Origin: a candidate division WOR-3 bacterium | GTDB taxonomy: Bacteria; Hydrothermota; 32-111 | Assembly: GCA_037481815.1 (NCBI GenBank) | Contig: JBBFKX010000003.1 | Location: 116,255 to 180,254, forward strand | Length of the DNA: 64,000 nucleotides | Direction of reading: 5' to 3' | Part shown: positions 40,572-50,227 of the stretch, piece after piece | How positions within the stretch are numbered: position 1 is the first letter of the stretch | Layout: every line of letters begins with the position of its first letter | The notes under the pieces: model-generated | Database searches by the model: none | What the model saw: only the letters and a program-made list of their open reading frames with translations | What the model was told of the DNA's origin: nothing | Translations under genes and position numbers: made by a program

Positions 40572-41819
40572 TCAACCTATTTGATTCTCTTCAGAAAGAG
40601 TTTGATCTATTATCATTTCAAGTTTATCTCCCAAACTCTGTTCAGAATAAAATTTTAAAATGTAATCTTTTCCCCTCTTCCCCATCTCCTCCCTTTCTGA
40701 TTCAGACATATTGTACACTTTCATAATTATTGAAACGATTTCATCAAGATTTTCAGGATCAGCATAGAATCCACAACCCGAGTCCTTAACGAACTCTGAA
40801 TATTCTGGTTTTGCTGTGATAAGTATCGGTTTCCCTGCAAGCATATAATCAAAAAGTTTGTTTGGACTTAAACCGTATTTGTAAAGTTCAGTCTTGTTAA
40901 CCGTGATCAAACATAGATCAACATTAGCAAGAAAATTCAAAATATTTCTTTTCGGTATCGTCTTATAGATTCTAACATTTTTTATATTTTCATCCTTAAT
41001 TCTTTTTTCGATATCTTCCCTCAAAGGGCCTTCTCCGAGTATTAAAAAATCGATAGGTTTATCTTCAAGTTTTTTTGCAATATCAAGAATAAGGTAAGGG
41101 TTGTTTGCAACACCTATCGCACCAGTATAAGCAATAGTAAACTTATCTATTTTATATTTTTCTTTGTAATACTCTTTGGGTTTATCGGGTGTAAAATGGT
41201 TTGGATATGTGCAGTTCGATATGAAATGTATTTTCTTTTCTTCTATACCTTTTGAAACTATATGATTTTTAAACTTTTCAACACAGACGATTATACTTTT
41301 GCTTTTCTGATAGATTATTTTTTCGAGAAGATATAAAAACCATGTGTAGGGATTTTTTTTCATCTCAGGTTTGAGTTGTATCAGTGACTCAGGCCAGAGG
41401 TCAAGAATATCTGATATGAATGGTTTTTTCAATTTTATCGATAGAAAAAGTGCGGAGAGTGCAGTGATCAACTGTGGTGAAACTCCTATAATTATATCTG
41501 GTTTTTCGAGTATCCTTCCAACTCTGTACATCTCAACAGAAAAAATTATCTGGTTCAACAATCTCTGAAAATCATTTTTTTTGTAAGTAAAAGTTTTAAC
41601 CCAGACAAAATTTACTCCGTTAACATTTTCGATTTTATAATATTCATCTTTTGCAAGTTTCATATGCTGGAGTTTGTGAACATTGAAATCAGAAGAAATT
41701 ATATATACTTTATAACCTCTTTTCACAAGTTCGATTCCAAAATCAAGATGTCTTGTTCCACCTGTCATCTCATAGGTGTGTGCGTTTTGATAACATATCC
41801 ATATGACTTTCTTTTTCGT
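40572..41819 (-). CDS. family-4 glycosyltransferase (WbuB/WcaI-like)
   Basis: C-terminal EGPLRE...KL.DYMLAGKPIL GT-B pattern. First ATG is at 41768, but the conserved N-terminal strand KKKVIWICYQNAHTYE continues in frame upstream to an ACG (41819-41817) 5 nt after GGAG. Confidence 0.8.
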   Translation of the reverse strand, partial: TKKKVIWICYQNAHTYEMTGGTRHLDFGIELVKRGYKVYIISSDFNVHKLQHMKLAKDEYYKIENVNGVNFVWVKTFTYKKNDFQRLLNQIIFSVEMYRVGRILEKPDIIIGVSPQLITALSALFLSIKLKKPFISDILDLWPESLIQLKPEMKKNPYTWFLYLLEKIIYQKSKSIIVCVEKFKNHIVSKGIEEKKIHFISNCTYPNHFTPDKPKEYYKEKYKIDKFTIAYTGAIGVANNPYLILDIAKKLEDKPIDFLILGEGPLREDIEKRIKDENIKNVRIYKTIPKRNILNFLANVDLCLITVNKTELYKYGLSPNKLFDYMLAGKPILITAKPEYSEFVKDSGCGFYADPENLDEIVSIIMKVYNMSESEREEMGKRGKDYILKFYSEQSLGDKLEMIIDQTLSEENQIG

Positions 41820-41877
41820 AAAAACTCCTTTTGTTGAATTTTTTATTATATTAAAAGGGAATTGAAAGTCAACAATT

Positions 41878-42435
41878 TTAAAATAGCCAGATACCTGTAG
41901 ACAAAGAAAAACCTGAAAAGATTATTCCTTTGTTCAAAGATGGATCTGAAAAGAAAAAATATGTATAACCTGCCTGAATCGAAAAACTCAAAGATAAGTT
42001 TTCACCAAGATAGAAAAGAAAACCGTTCTCGTTCGCAAGCGTAAATGCAGTATACGATTCGGATGGATTATAAACAAGTTTTGTATACCCTGAAGTGAAG
42101 TATCCAGAATAAGATCCATCCTTACTCCTTGCTTTTTGATATGTTGGGATTGAAAAAGAAACACCTAACTGTCCAAACCTTGCTCCATAGGAATAAAGTT
42201 TTAGACCAACGATTGGAGTGAACCTTATACCATTTTTTTCAGCAAAAGCGAGTTCTGATGAGAATGGAAAAAGGTTGATATAGAATGTGTTACTCTGTTC
42301 TATCGGTTCAAAATAAACCTGGGGAGAGAATGATATATTGAAAATGTTGTTGATCTTGGTTTTCTTTTTGACTTTTGAGTATGAAGGGGTAAAAAAAAGC
42401 GCCCCTATGATCAAAAACAAAAAAAATCTTTTCAT
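41878..42435 (-). CDS. small outer-membrane beta-barrel protein (hypothetical)
   Basis: Signal peptide, alternating aromatic/small residues, C-terminal ...GIWLF. Confidence 0.5.
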   Translation of the reverse strand: MKRFFLFLIIGALFFTPSYSKVKKKTKINNIFNISFSPQVYFEPIEQSNTFYINLFPFSSELAFAEKNGIRFTPIVGLKLYSYGARFGQLGVSFSIPTYQKARSKDGSYSGYFTSGYTKLVYNPSESYTAFTLANENGFLFYLGENLSLSFSIQAGYTYFFFSDPSLNKGIIFSGFSLSTGIWLF

Positions 42436-42529
42436 CTATAAAAAATATACTATAAAAAATAGTTTTTTTCAATGAAAATAAACACTATCAATCTTGACAA
42501 ATATCAATAAAAGGTTATTATAAAAAATT

Positions 42530-43483
42530 ATGAATCGTTTAAGAAATATAGAGATTTTCATAATTTTGCAGATTTTTTTCATCATAAAAATAGATGGATC
42601 TAACATCTTAACCGATTTTTTATTTTCAAAATCATCCAATGTTGGTTTTTCAATTTTAAAGATAACCCCGGATGCATTTTCATCAGCACTTTCGGGAGGT
42701 GCGACTACCGGTTATAACTCTCCATCTTCATTTCTTATAAATCCAGCATCTTCTTCATTCTATAAAGAAAAAGGAATAGTCGTTTCAACGATATACTCTT
42801 CAGGGTTCTCGAATATCTATTCGGGAGCGATGAACTATCCTTTCTCCTTTGGAACATTTTCTTTTTCAGCGACATCATCTATATCGGATACTATTCAATT
42901 AAGGAATGAAGATCCTGCGGAAAACCCTCTCGGATATTACAGATTCAACTCATATTCTTTTTCACTTGGTTATTCAAACAGCATAACAGATGGAATTTTC
43001 GTTGGCTTATCATCCTCTGCAATAAATGAAAATTCTTTCCTGTTAAACAAAACATCCTTTGTTGCAAGTGCTGGAGTTTTATTTGTTTTTGAGAGGTTTT
43101 TCAATTTTAAGGTTGGGATATCCACTTTGAATGTTGGATTCAGAACAAGGTATGATGCGACTTCACTTGATTATATCATACCACCTTTTACTTTAAAAAT
43201 TGGAACTTCTTTCGATCTGAAATTGAATGAAAATTTTAAAAACACGATATTTTCCGATTTTACAAAGGTGAACGATCAAGAGTTCAAGATATCTTTTGGA
43301 TACGACGGAGAAATTTTGAAAACACTTTCCTTAAGGATGGGTTTTCTGATAAACGATCCTGCAAAATTTTTATCTTTTGGGCTTGGTGTTAGGAATAACA
43401 GGTTGTCTTTAAACTATTCTTTTGTTCCGTATAACTATGGGCTTGGTTTTGAAAACAGTGTTAGTTTGAACTATAACTTTTAG
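42530..43483 (+). CDS. PorV/PorQ-family-like outer-membrane beta-barrel protein
   Basis: N-terminal FSILKITPDAFSSALSGGATTG...INPAS resembles the FLkI..gARa.amGgA...NPA motif of PorV/PorQ/UPF0164 barrels; beta-strand pattern to the C-terminal YNF. Confidence 0.45.
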   Translation: MNRLRNIEIFIILQIFFIIKIDGSNILTDFLFSKSSNVGFSILKITPDAFSSALSGGATTGYNSPSSFLINPASSSFYKEKGIVVSTIYSSGFSNIYSGAMNYPFSFGTFSFSATSSISDTIQLRNEDPAENPLGYYRFNSYSFSLGYSNSITDGIFVGLSSSAINENSFLLNKTSFVASAGVLFVFERFFNFKVGISTLNVGFRTRYDATSLDYIIPPFTLKIGTSFDLKLNENFKNTIFSDFTKVNDQEFKISFGYDGEILKTLSLRMGFLINDPAKFLSFGLGVRNNRLSLNYSFVPYNYGLGFENSVSLNYNF

Positions 43484-43491
43484 GTGGAAGA

Positions 43492-44169
43492 ATGGCTGGT
43501 TTACAGGGAAGTTTAAAAGATTTTGAAATCACCGATATACTTCAACTGATAAATATGAATAAAAAGGATGGTTGTCTTGAAATAACAACAAAAGACAGCG
43601 TAGGAAGGATTTATTTTGAGGGGGGAAGTGTTACCCATGCAGAAATAGATGATAGATTTGGAGAGAGTGCTATACATCAGATACTCGTTATAAACGATGG
43701 AAACTTCAAATTTATTCCTGATGTTAAAACACCACGAAACACGATAAGTTTACCCATACATCATTTGATGCTTGAAGCAGCACGAAGTATCGATGAATGG
43801 AAACAGATAGAAAAGCTTATACCTTCTTTAGATCTTGTTGTAAAGGTTGTTGAAAACCCTGATATCGACACCGATAACATAAAACTCTCAAGTGAAGAAT
43901 GGAAGATGTTGACATTCGTTGATAACGTTTCAACGATAAAAGAGATCGCAAAAAAGGTCAACCAATCAGAGTTTCAGACAGCAAAAACGATCTATGGTCT
44001 TATAACGAGTGGACTCATAACTGTTGAAGAAAAAGAGGGACTCGACGATATTTTAAAGGAAATAGATGCACAGATAACAGATGAAAAAACGGATAATGAG
44101 AATAAAAAAGATGAAAGATCCGATGATAACAATAAAAAGGGTGGTATAAAAAAATTCTTTTCAAGATAG
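43492..44169 (+). CDS. DUF4388 (PATAN-like) domain protein
   Basis: GSLKDFEITDILQLINMNKKDGCLEI...GRIYFEGGSVTHAE...GESAIHQIL is the DUF4388 signature. Confidence 0.6.
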   Translation: MAGLQGSLKDFEITDILQLINMNKKDGCLEITTKDSVGRIYFEGGSVTHAEIDDRFGESAIHQILVINDGNFKFIPDVKTPRNTISLPIHHLMLEAARSIDEWKQIEKLIPSLDLVVKVVENPDIDTDNIKLSSEEWKMLTFVDNVSTIKEIAKKVNQSEFQTAKTIYGLITSGLITVEEKEGLDDILKEIDAQITDEKTDNENKKDERSDDNNKKGGIKKFFSR

Positions 44170-44904
44170 AATCTTTAAAAATTCCTCTCTCTTTTTCTCC
44201 AAAAAAATCGTTGTGAGTTTTTCAAGGTTGATAACATCAAACATGTTGTACTCTATCAATGTGTTTAACGAATCTTTTGAACCGTTTTTGTATTCCTGCC
44301 AGAGTAAAACAGCATCATAACCGGTTAAATTCTTCACCCTTTTAGACCTCTCGATCATAAATTTCTCTTCAAGTTTCTTTAAACCACCTTTCCATCCAAC
44401 ACTCTTTGTTGCTCTGAAAAGATCAAAATGAAAATCTGGTAAAGATAGAAAAGGAAACTCTTTTTTTATTTTTGGAATATCAAATGTCTGTCCGTTGAAA
44501 GAAACAAGTATTGATGGTATTGAAAACATCTTTTCAAGTTTCAAATAGTCCTCACCACTTTTATACACATAAAAATTCCCTCCAACATAAAGTCCTATCA
44601 AAGTTATCTCACCCTCAATGGATGTTTCTATATCTATATAACCTATCTCATTTTTATAATGTGTTAAAACTCTCCAGTAATCTCTATATTTCAATCTTTT
44701 GAAAAAATATTCCATATCATCGTTTTTAAATGAATTTATCGATCTTTTAACCTCATCTAAGATCTGGATGTTTTTTTTCTCACCAAAAGGAAGTTGGTTC
44801 CATTTCTCAACAACATCCCACCAGTTTTTGAAACCTTTTTTCCAGAGTTGTTCTTCTTTTTTATAACTTATTCCATCAATATGAATGAATGTATTCGTCA
44901 GCAT
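44161..44904 (-). CDS. RNase H-like (DEDD-type, YprB-like) exonuclease domain protein
   Basis: IDIETS...FNGQTFDIP...YNMFDVINL acidic motifs in DEDD order. Confidence 0.55.
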   Translation of the reverse strand: MLTNTFIHIDGISYKKEEQLWKKGFKNWWDVVEKWNQLPFGEKKNIQILDEVKRSINSFKNDDMEYFFKRLKYRDYWRVLTHYKNEIGYIDIETSIEGEITLIGLYVGGNFYVYKSGEDYLKLEKMFSIPSILVSFNGQTFDIPKIKKEFPFLSLPDFHFDLFRATKSVGWKGGLKKLEEKFMIERSKRVKNLTGYDAVLLWQEYKNGSKDSLNTLIEYNMFDVINLEKLTTIFLEKKREEFLKILS

Positions 44905-45589
44905 AGATCTCTAAAATTTCCTCATAAGAGATAGTATATATTTTTTTGTTATTTTTGTCTTTAAAAAATTTATTCATATTTCTGTTTCTGTTTTGTGTTA
45001 AAAAATTTAAAAAATCCCAAAGTTTGTGATATTTTTTCTCATAATCCTTTTTTCTTGAAATCGATATAAAAGATGAATCAACCTTCGGTGATGGATTAAA
45101 CGAGTTTTTTTTGATAATAAAAAGATTTCTGATTTCAAAAAAGATGTTGACATATATTGAAATTGGAATAAAAAATCTTTTCACAAGTTTTTCCTGAAAC
45201 TCCTTTTGAACTATAAGATATCCTTTCTTTATACTTTCAGATTCAACAACCTTTTTAAAAATCTCTTTTGTTAAACTGTATGGAATACTTGAAACGGTTA
45301 TCTCTTCTTTTATTTTATAATCAAGACAACTTGTATTTAAAATTTCAACATTTTCATTTTTTGAAAATTTTTCTTTTAAGATTTCAAAATATTTCTTATC
45401 GAGTTCAAGTATCACAAGTTTTTCAGGTTTTTTTGAGAGAATTGTTTCACTTATTCTTCCATCCCCTCCACCGATTTCAAGCACCCTTTTCCCTTCAAGA
45501 TCAAAAAGAGAGTCCTCTATTTTTTTCAGCACATTTTTGTCGATCAAAAAATTCTGTGACAGTTTAACTCTTTTTACCGATGAATTCAT
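44876..45589 (-). CDS. rsmA: 16S rRNA adenine dimethyltransferase family (KsgA/RsmA, Erm-like)
   Basis: LSQNFLIDKNV and SAM motif VLEIGGGDG, NIPY-equivalent SIPYS. Confidence 0.78.
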   Translation of the reverse strand: MNSSVKRVKLSQNFLIDKNVLKKIEDSLFDLEGKRVLEIGGGDGRISETILSKKPEKLVILELDKKYFEILKEKFSKNENVEILNTSCLDYKIKEEITVSSIPYSLTKEIFKKVVESESIKKGYLIVQKEFQEKLVKRFFIPISIYVNIFFEIRNLFIIKKNSFNPSPKVDSSFISISRKKDYEKKYHKLWDFLNFLTQNRNRNMNKFFKDKNNKKIYTISYEEILEIYADEYIHSY

Positions 45590-46379
45590 AAAAATTTTTT
45601 TTAACTATTTTTTTCAAATCTTCAATGTCGATATTGAGCAACTCAGAAATTTTCTTATATATGTAAACAACATACTCTGGTCTATTCCTTTTGCCTCTGA
45701 ATGGAACAGGAGAAAGGTATGGTGAATCGGTTTCGATGAGCATCCTTTCGATATGATCTTTTTTGATTATATCTTTTAAATCGTTGTTCTTGAAAGTTAT
45801 GATTCCATTTATTCCAAAAAAATATCCTTTTGAAACTAAATTTTTTAGATTTTTTTCTGTACCTGAAAAACTATGGAACTCGAAAACCAGATCTTTATAA
45901 TCATCAATTATTTCGAAAACCTCTTCGTATCCGTTTCTCACATGCAACATCACAGGTTTTTTCTTTTTTCTCGCAAGATCCAACTGTTTTATAAAAAGTT
46001 CTTTCTGCTGTTTTAACTCATCCTTTTTGTGCCAGAAAAGGTCAACACCTATTTCCCCGATTCCAGAACAACCTTTTTCATCAAGCAATTTTTCTATTTC
46101 GTGAATATCTTGATCAGTGTAATTTGAAGCGTAGTGTGGATGTATTCCAGCAAAGTGATACACTTCAAAATCGTCAGGGAATTCTATGGAAAAAGATTTT
46201 TTGCTACTATCAACATCATATCCGACTATGTTTAAAATCCTGACATTGTTTTCCCTCAAACTTGAGGTAAAAACATTCATATTTTTTTCAAACTCAAACT
46301 CCTCCATTTGAAGATGGAGGTGAGAATCAAGAAAAGGTTCAGCCAACAGTATCCCCTGCTTCACAACTCTCATCAGCAA
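45564..46379 (-). CDS. tatD: TatD family metal-dependent hydrolase
   Basis: DSHLHL N-terminal motif, later IGEIGVD, HxR, ETDSPY. The real start may be TTG 46346, which overlaps the metG stop (GTTGGCTGA) and follows GGGGA. Confidence 0.85.
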   Translation of the reverse strand: MLMRVVKQGILLAEPFLDSHLHLQMEEFEFEKNMNVFTSSLRENNVRILNIVGYDVDSSKKSFSIEFPDDFEVYHFAGIHPHYASNYTDQDIHEIEKLLDEKGCSGIGEIGVDLFWHKKDELKQQKELFIKQLDLARKKKKPVMLHVRNGYEEVFEIIDDYKDLVFEFHSFSGTEKNLKNLVSKGYFFGINGIITFKNNDLKDIIKKDHIERMLIETDSPYLSPVPFRGKRNRPEYVVYIYKKISELLNIDIEDLKKIVKKNFYEFIGKKS

Positions 46380-48375
46380 AAAGAACTTTTACCCTTGTTT
46401 TATCTTTATTGGAAGCGGCAAGAAGCATACCAAACGACTTGTTTCCCCTTATCGTTGCAGGTTCAAGATTTTTCACAACAATTATTTTTTTTCCAGTAAG
46501 ATCTTCTGGTTTATAAAACAACGCAACTCCTGCAACAATATCTCTGATTTCATCTCCAACATCGATTTTCAATTTCAAAAGTTTATCTGAATTCTCAACT
46601 TTTTCGCATGAGAGAACTTTTGCAACAACAAGTTGAACCTTTTTGAAATAGTCGATGGAGATATAGTTTTTATCTTCATCCTTTTTCTCTACTGATACAA
46701 TTTCCGTTGAAACCTTTTGCCCCATCCTTTTTCTTTCTTCTTCGATAACTTTATCCTCTATCTTTGAGAAAAGAATATCAAGTTTTTTATTTTTAAATTC
46801 CTGCAAAGGTTCTAAATTTTTTATATCATCCCATCTGAATTCTTTTATCTCCAAAAAATCTCTCAGCCTTTTCGACGTGAATGGAATAAATGGATCACCA
46901 ACACATGATAGAACAACAACCGCCTTCATACAAACATACAGAACAGTATCAAGGTAATCCCTATCATTTTTTGCAAGAACCCAAGGTTCCTTTGAAGCAA
47001 AATATTTGTTCGATTCTCTTGCTATATCCATGAACTCATATGTTGCTTTTCTCAACTGATAGGTTTCTATGTATTCCCCAACCTTTTGAACCTTTTCATA
47101 TATCGTTTTCAAAAACTCTCTATCATCATCTTTTAACTCTTTTCCTTTCTTAACCTTTCCATCATTGTATTTTAAAACGAATTGCACGGTTCTATTTATG
47201 AAATTTCCATATATATCGGCAAGTTCCCCATTGTTTCGGTTTTGAAACTCTGTCCATGAAAAATCGGTATCTTTATTTTCCGGGAGTATTGATGCAAGAA
47301 CATACCTTAAAATATCCGGTGGAAACCTTTTAAGATAATCGTCAAGCCAGACAGCCCAGTTCCTGGATGTCGAAAGTTTTTTTCCTTCGATATTCAAATA
47401 CTCGTTTGCGGGAATATCATAAGGTAGATTATAACCCTCCTCAACTCCCATAAGTATTGATGGCCAGATTACAGAATGAAAAACTATGTTATCCTTTCCT
47501 AAAAAATGTATGATTCTTGTATCTTTATCCTTCCACCATTTTTCCCATCCATTCTTATCACCTTTATTTTCAAAATACTCCATAGTTGAAGATATGTATC
47601 CTATAGGTGCGTCAAACCAGACATAAAGAACTTTGTTTTCAAATCCTTCGATTGGGACTTTCACTCCCCAATCAAGATCTCTTGTTATGGCTCTTGGTTT
47701 CAAACCTTCTTTGATCCATCCAAGAGAGAACTCTTTAACATTATCTTTCCACCATGTCCGCGAATTTATGTACTCTTTCAATCTATCCTGAAACTTATCA
47801 AGATCAAGATAAAAATGTTCTGTCTCTTTTACAACAGGTGTAGCACCACAGATTTTACATTTTGGATCTATCAACGAAACATTATCTATCGGTTTTCCAC
47901 AGGTATCACATTGATCACCTCTAGCCCCTTCTGCTTTACAATGTGGACAAATGCCTTCAACATATCTATCGGGTAAAAATCTTTTACAATTTTCACAGTA
48001 GTACTGTTTCTCAACCTTTTTTGAAACATATCCATTTTGATAAAGTTTCAAAAAGAAATGTTTTGCATTCTCATGATGTATTGGCCTTGAAGTTCCCGAA
48101 AAATTATCGAAAACGATTCCAAATTTTTCAAAAGAATCTTTCATAACCTTATGGTAATAATCAACTATCTCTTTTGGAGTTTTCTTCATCTCGTCCGCTT
48201 TGATCGTTATTGGAACACCATGTTCATCACTTCCACAGATAAAACAAACTTCCTCTCCTTTGAGTTTCAAATATCTCACAAAAATATCAGCAGGAAGATA
48301 GCATCCTGCAAGGTGACCTATGTGGATTGGACCATTGGCATAAGGTAATGCAGCGGTTACGAGATACCTTGTCAT
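46339..48375 (-). CDS. metG: methionine--tRNA ligase with C-terminal tRNA-binding (Trbp111/EMAP-like) domain
   Basis: PYANGPIHIGHL (HIGH), KLSTSRN (KMSKS-type), Zn knuckles CPHC...CDTC and CKIC; the ATG at 48375 shares its A with the upstream stop (TGATG). Confidence 0.95.
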   Translation of the reverse strand: MTRYLVTAALPYANGPIHIGHLAGCYLPADIFVRYLKLKGEEVCFICGSDEHGVPITIKADEMKKTPKEIVDYYHKVMKDSFEKFGIVFDNFSGTSRPIHHENAKHFFLKLYQNGYVSKKVEKQYYCENCKRFLPDRYVEGICPHCKAEGARGDQCDTCGKPIDNVSLIDPKCKICGATPVVKETEHFYLDLDKFQDRLKEYINSRTWWKDNVKEFSLGWIKEGLKPRAITRDLDWGVKVPIEGFENKVLYVWFDAPIGYISSTMEYFENKGDKNGWEKWWKDKDTRIIHFLGKDNIVFHSVIWPSILMGVEEGYNLPYDIPANEYLNIEGKKLSTSRNWAVWLDDYLKRFPPDILRYVLASILPENKDTDFSWTEFQNRNNGELADIYGNFINRTVQFVLKYNDGKVKKGKELKDDDREFLKTIYEKVQKVGEYIETYQLRKATYEFMDIARESNKYFASKEPWVLAKNDRDYLDTVLYVCMKAVVVLSCVGDPFIPFTSKRLRDFLEIKEFRWDDIKNLEPLQEFKNKKLDILFSKIEDKVIEEERKRMGQKVSTEIVSVEKKDEDKNYISIDYFKKVQLVVAKVLSCEKVENSDKLLKLKIDVGDEIRDIVAGVALFYKPEDLTGKKIIVVKNLEPATIRGNKSFGMLLAASNKDKTRVKVLFADESCEAGDTVG

Positions 48376-49217
48376 CAATCCTCCTTTGTTTTGTTGAGGT
48401 TTGGGACAAATTTCCATTTTTTCTTTTTGATTCTATTGAACTCATCAAGTGTGTGTGTTATCAGTCCGCCATTCTCTTCAACATCTTTGTATTGTATCGT
48501 TACAAGGTCATTGTATATATCAAGTTTCACAATTTTACCTTCACCTAAAGTTGTTATAACATTTGAATTTATAGGAGGGAATCTCTTATACACATCCTCG
48601 TAAAAATCCATTTCGTACATCAGGCAACACATCAATCTTCCACACATCCCTGATACTTTTTGAGGTGTTACTGAAAGACCCTGATCTTTCAATGTCTGTA
48701 AAGTTATCGCTTCAAAATCTTTCAAAAATCTTCTACAACACAACTCTTCACCACATGCCCCAAAACCTCCCAACCTTTTAGCATAATCTCTTACTCCTAT
48801 CTGTTTCATCTGAATTCTCGCATGAAAGTATGAAGCGAGTTGTTTTACAAGATTTCTAAAATCGACCCTTTTTTCAGAAATAAAATAGAAGGTTATATGT
48901 TGCCCATCAAAATGTATCTCAATATCAACAAGTTTTATATTGAGTCCATTCTCCTTTATGAATTTCAAAGTTGGTTCATAAGCATCTTTTTCTTTCATCT
49001 CGTTTGATTTTTTTAACCTTATATCATCGTCTGTTGCCTTCCTTATGATTTTCCCAATAGATTTCTCAAACTCGTATGGAAAGATTTTCAAAAGAATTCC
49101 TATATCAAGCCCCTGATCATGTTGACACACAACATATTTCCCTTCCTCAACATCTATGTTTGTTGGTATTTCAAACATCTTTCTCTCAGCACCTCTGAAC
49201 TCAACTCTTCCAAACAT
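48375..49217 (-). CDS. ricT: PSP1 domain protein (RicT/YaaT-like)
   Basis: PSP1 C-terminal pattern with a Cys-rich stretch GACGEELCCRRFL...GMCGRLMCCL; follows holB as in Bacillus. Confidence 0.8.
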   Translation of the reverse strand: MFGRVEFRGAERKMFEIPTNIDVEEGKYVVCQHDQGLDIGILLKIFPYEFEKSIGKIIRKATDDDIRLKKSNEMKEKDAYEPTLKFIKENGLNIKLVDIEIHFDGQHITFYFISEKRVDFRNLVKQLASYFHARIQMKQIGVRDYAKRLGGFGACGEELCCRRFLKDFEAITLQTLKDQGLSVTPQKVSGMCGRLMCCLMYEMDFYEDVYKRFPPINSNVITTLGEGKIVKLDIYNDLVTIQYKDVEENGGLITHTLDEFNRIKKKKWKFVPNLNKTKED

Positions 49218-50226
49218 TATCTTTAACTCCTTCCTTTAAATCAAAGAGGTGATTTATTATATGAGCAGTTTGAAAGTTCACCCTTATATCCTGTTCAATA
49301 CTCATCAACTCTTCAAGCATCTCTGACAAATTTTCAGCAGTTTTAGCATTTTCACTTTCAAGTATTTTTTCGTTCAAATATTTTGATAAAACCTTTAAAA
49401 AAAGTTTTAAAAAATATTTTTCTTCTCCCTTTTTTGAAAGGGTTGAAAAATATTTTAAAAATCCATCCCTATCACCAGACAGAAACATATTCAAACTCTT
49501 TTGAGAATCGAAGGTTGTTTCAAGATCGATCTCTGGGCTTATATAACCATCAAAAATATAAAGATAGTTTTCTATTTTCTTTTCATCGTATCCAAGTTCT
49601 TTATATATTTTATAAAAATCATCCTTTGTCAGATAACCAAATTTTAAGACCTGACATCTTGAAACTATGGTTGGTAATACACCGTTCAAATTATCAGTTG
49701 TTAGAATAAACATCGTGGATTTTGGTGGTTCTTCAAGAATTTTTAAAAATGTGTTCGCTGATTCTTTTCTCATCATTTCAATGTTCCTGACGATGAAAAT
49801 TCTCTTTTCACCCAAATATGGTTTTGTCGAAGATTCAACTATAATCTCTCTTACAAGATCAACCGGGATATTTTCGTTCCCCGAAAAAGAAAAGAAATTT
49901 AAAAAAAACAATGTTCTTTCTTTTTTGGTTGTCTTATCTTTTACACCTTCCTGTAAAATTTCATTTATAGATTTCAAAATCGAATCTGAACTTATAAGAT
50001 CCTTTTTCAAAAAAGGATACACGATAAACAGATCTGGATGTTTAAACTCTTCAACATGTTTTCTATATTTCTCTCCAAAAATCTGTACAGCGAACTCTAA
50101 AGCAAGAGAGAATTTTCCAACACCTTTGTTTCCAGTAAAAAGGTAAGCGTTTGCTACCTTTTTTTCGAGAATGGATTTTTCAAGAATACTTTTCACTTTT
50201 GAATGACCAACGATATTTTCAAACAT
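49201..50226 (-). CDS. holB: DNA polymerase III delta-prime subunit
   Basis: AAA+ clamp-loader pattern GNKGVGKFSLA, ANTFLKILEEPP, TIVSRCQ. Confidence 0.82.
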   Translation of the reverse strand: MFENIVGHSKVKSILEKSILEKKVANAYLFTGNKGVGKFSLALEFAVQIFGEKYRKHVEEFKHPDLFIVYPFLKKDLISSDSILKSINEILQEGVKDKTTKKERTLFFLNFFSFSGNENIPVDLVREIIVESSTKPYLGEKRIFIVRNIEMMRKESANTFLKILEEPPKSTMFILTTDNLNGVLPTIVSRCQVLKFGYLTKDDFYKIYKELGYDEKKIENYLYIFDGYISPEIDLETTFDSQKSLNMFLSGDRDGFLKYFSTLSKKGEEKYFLKLFLKVLSKYLNEKILESENAKTAENLSEMLEELMSIEQDIRVNFQTAHIINHLFDLKEGVKDNVWKS

Positions 50227-50227
50227 A

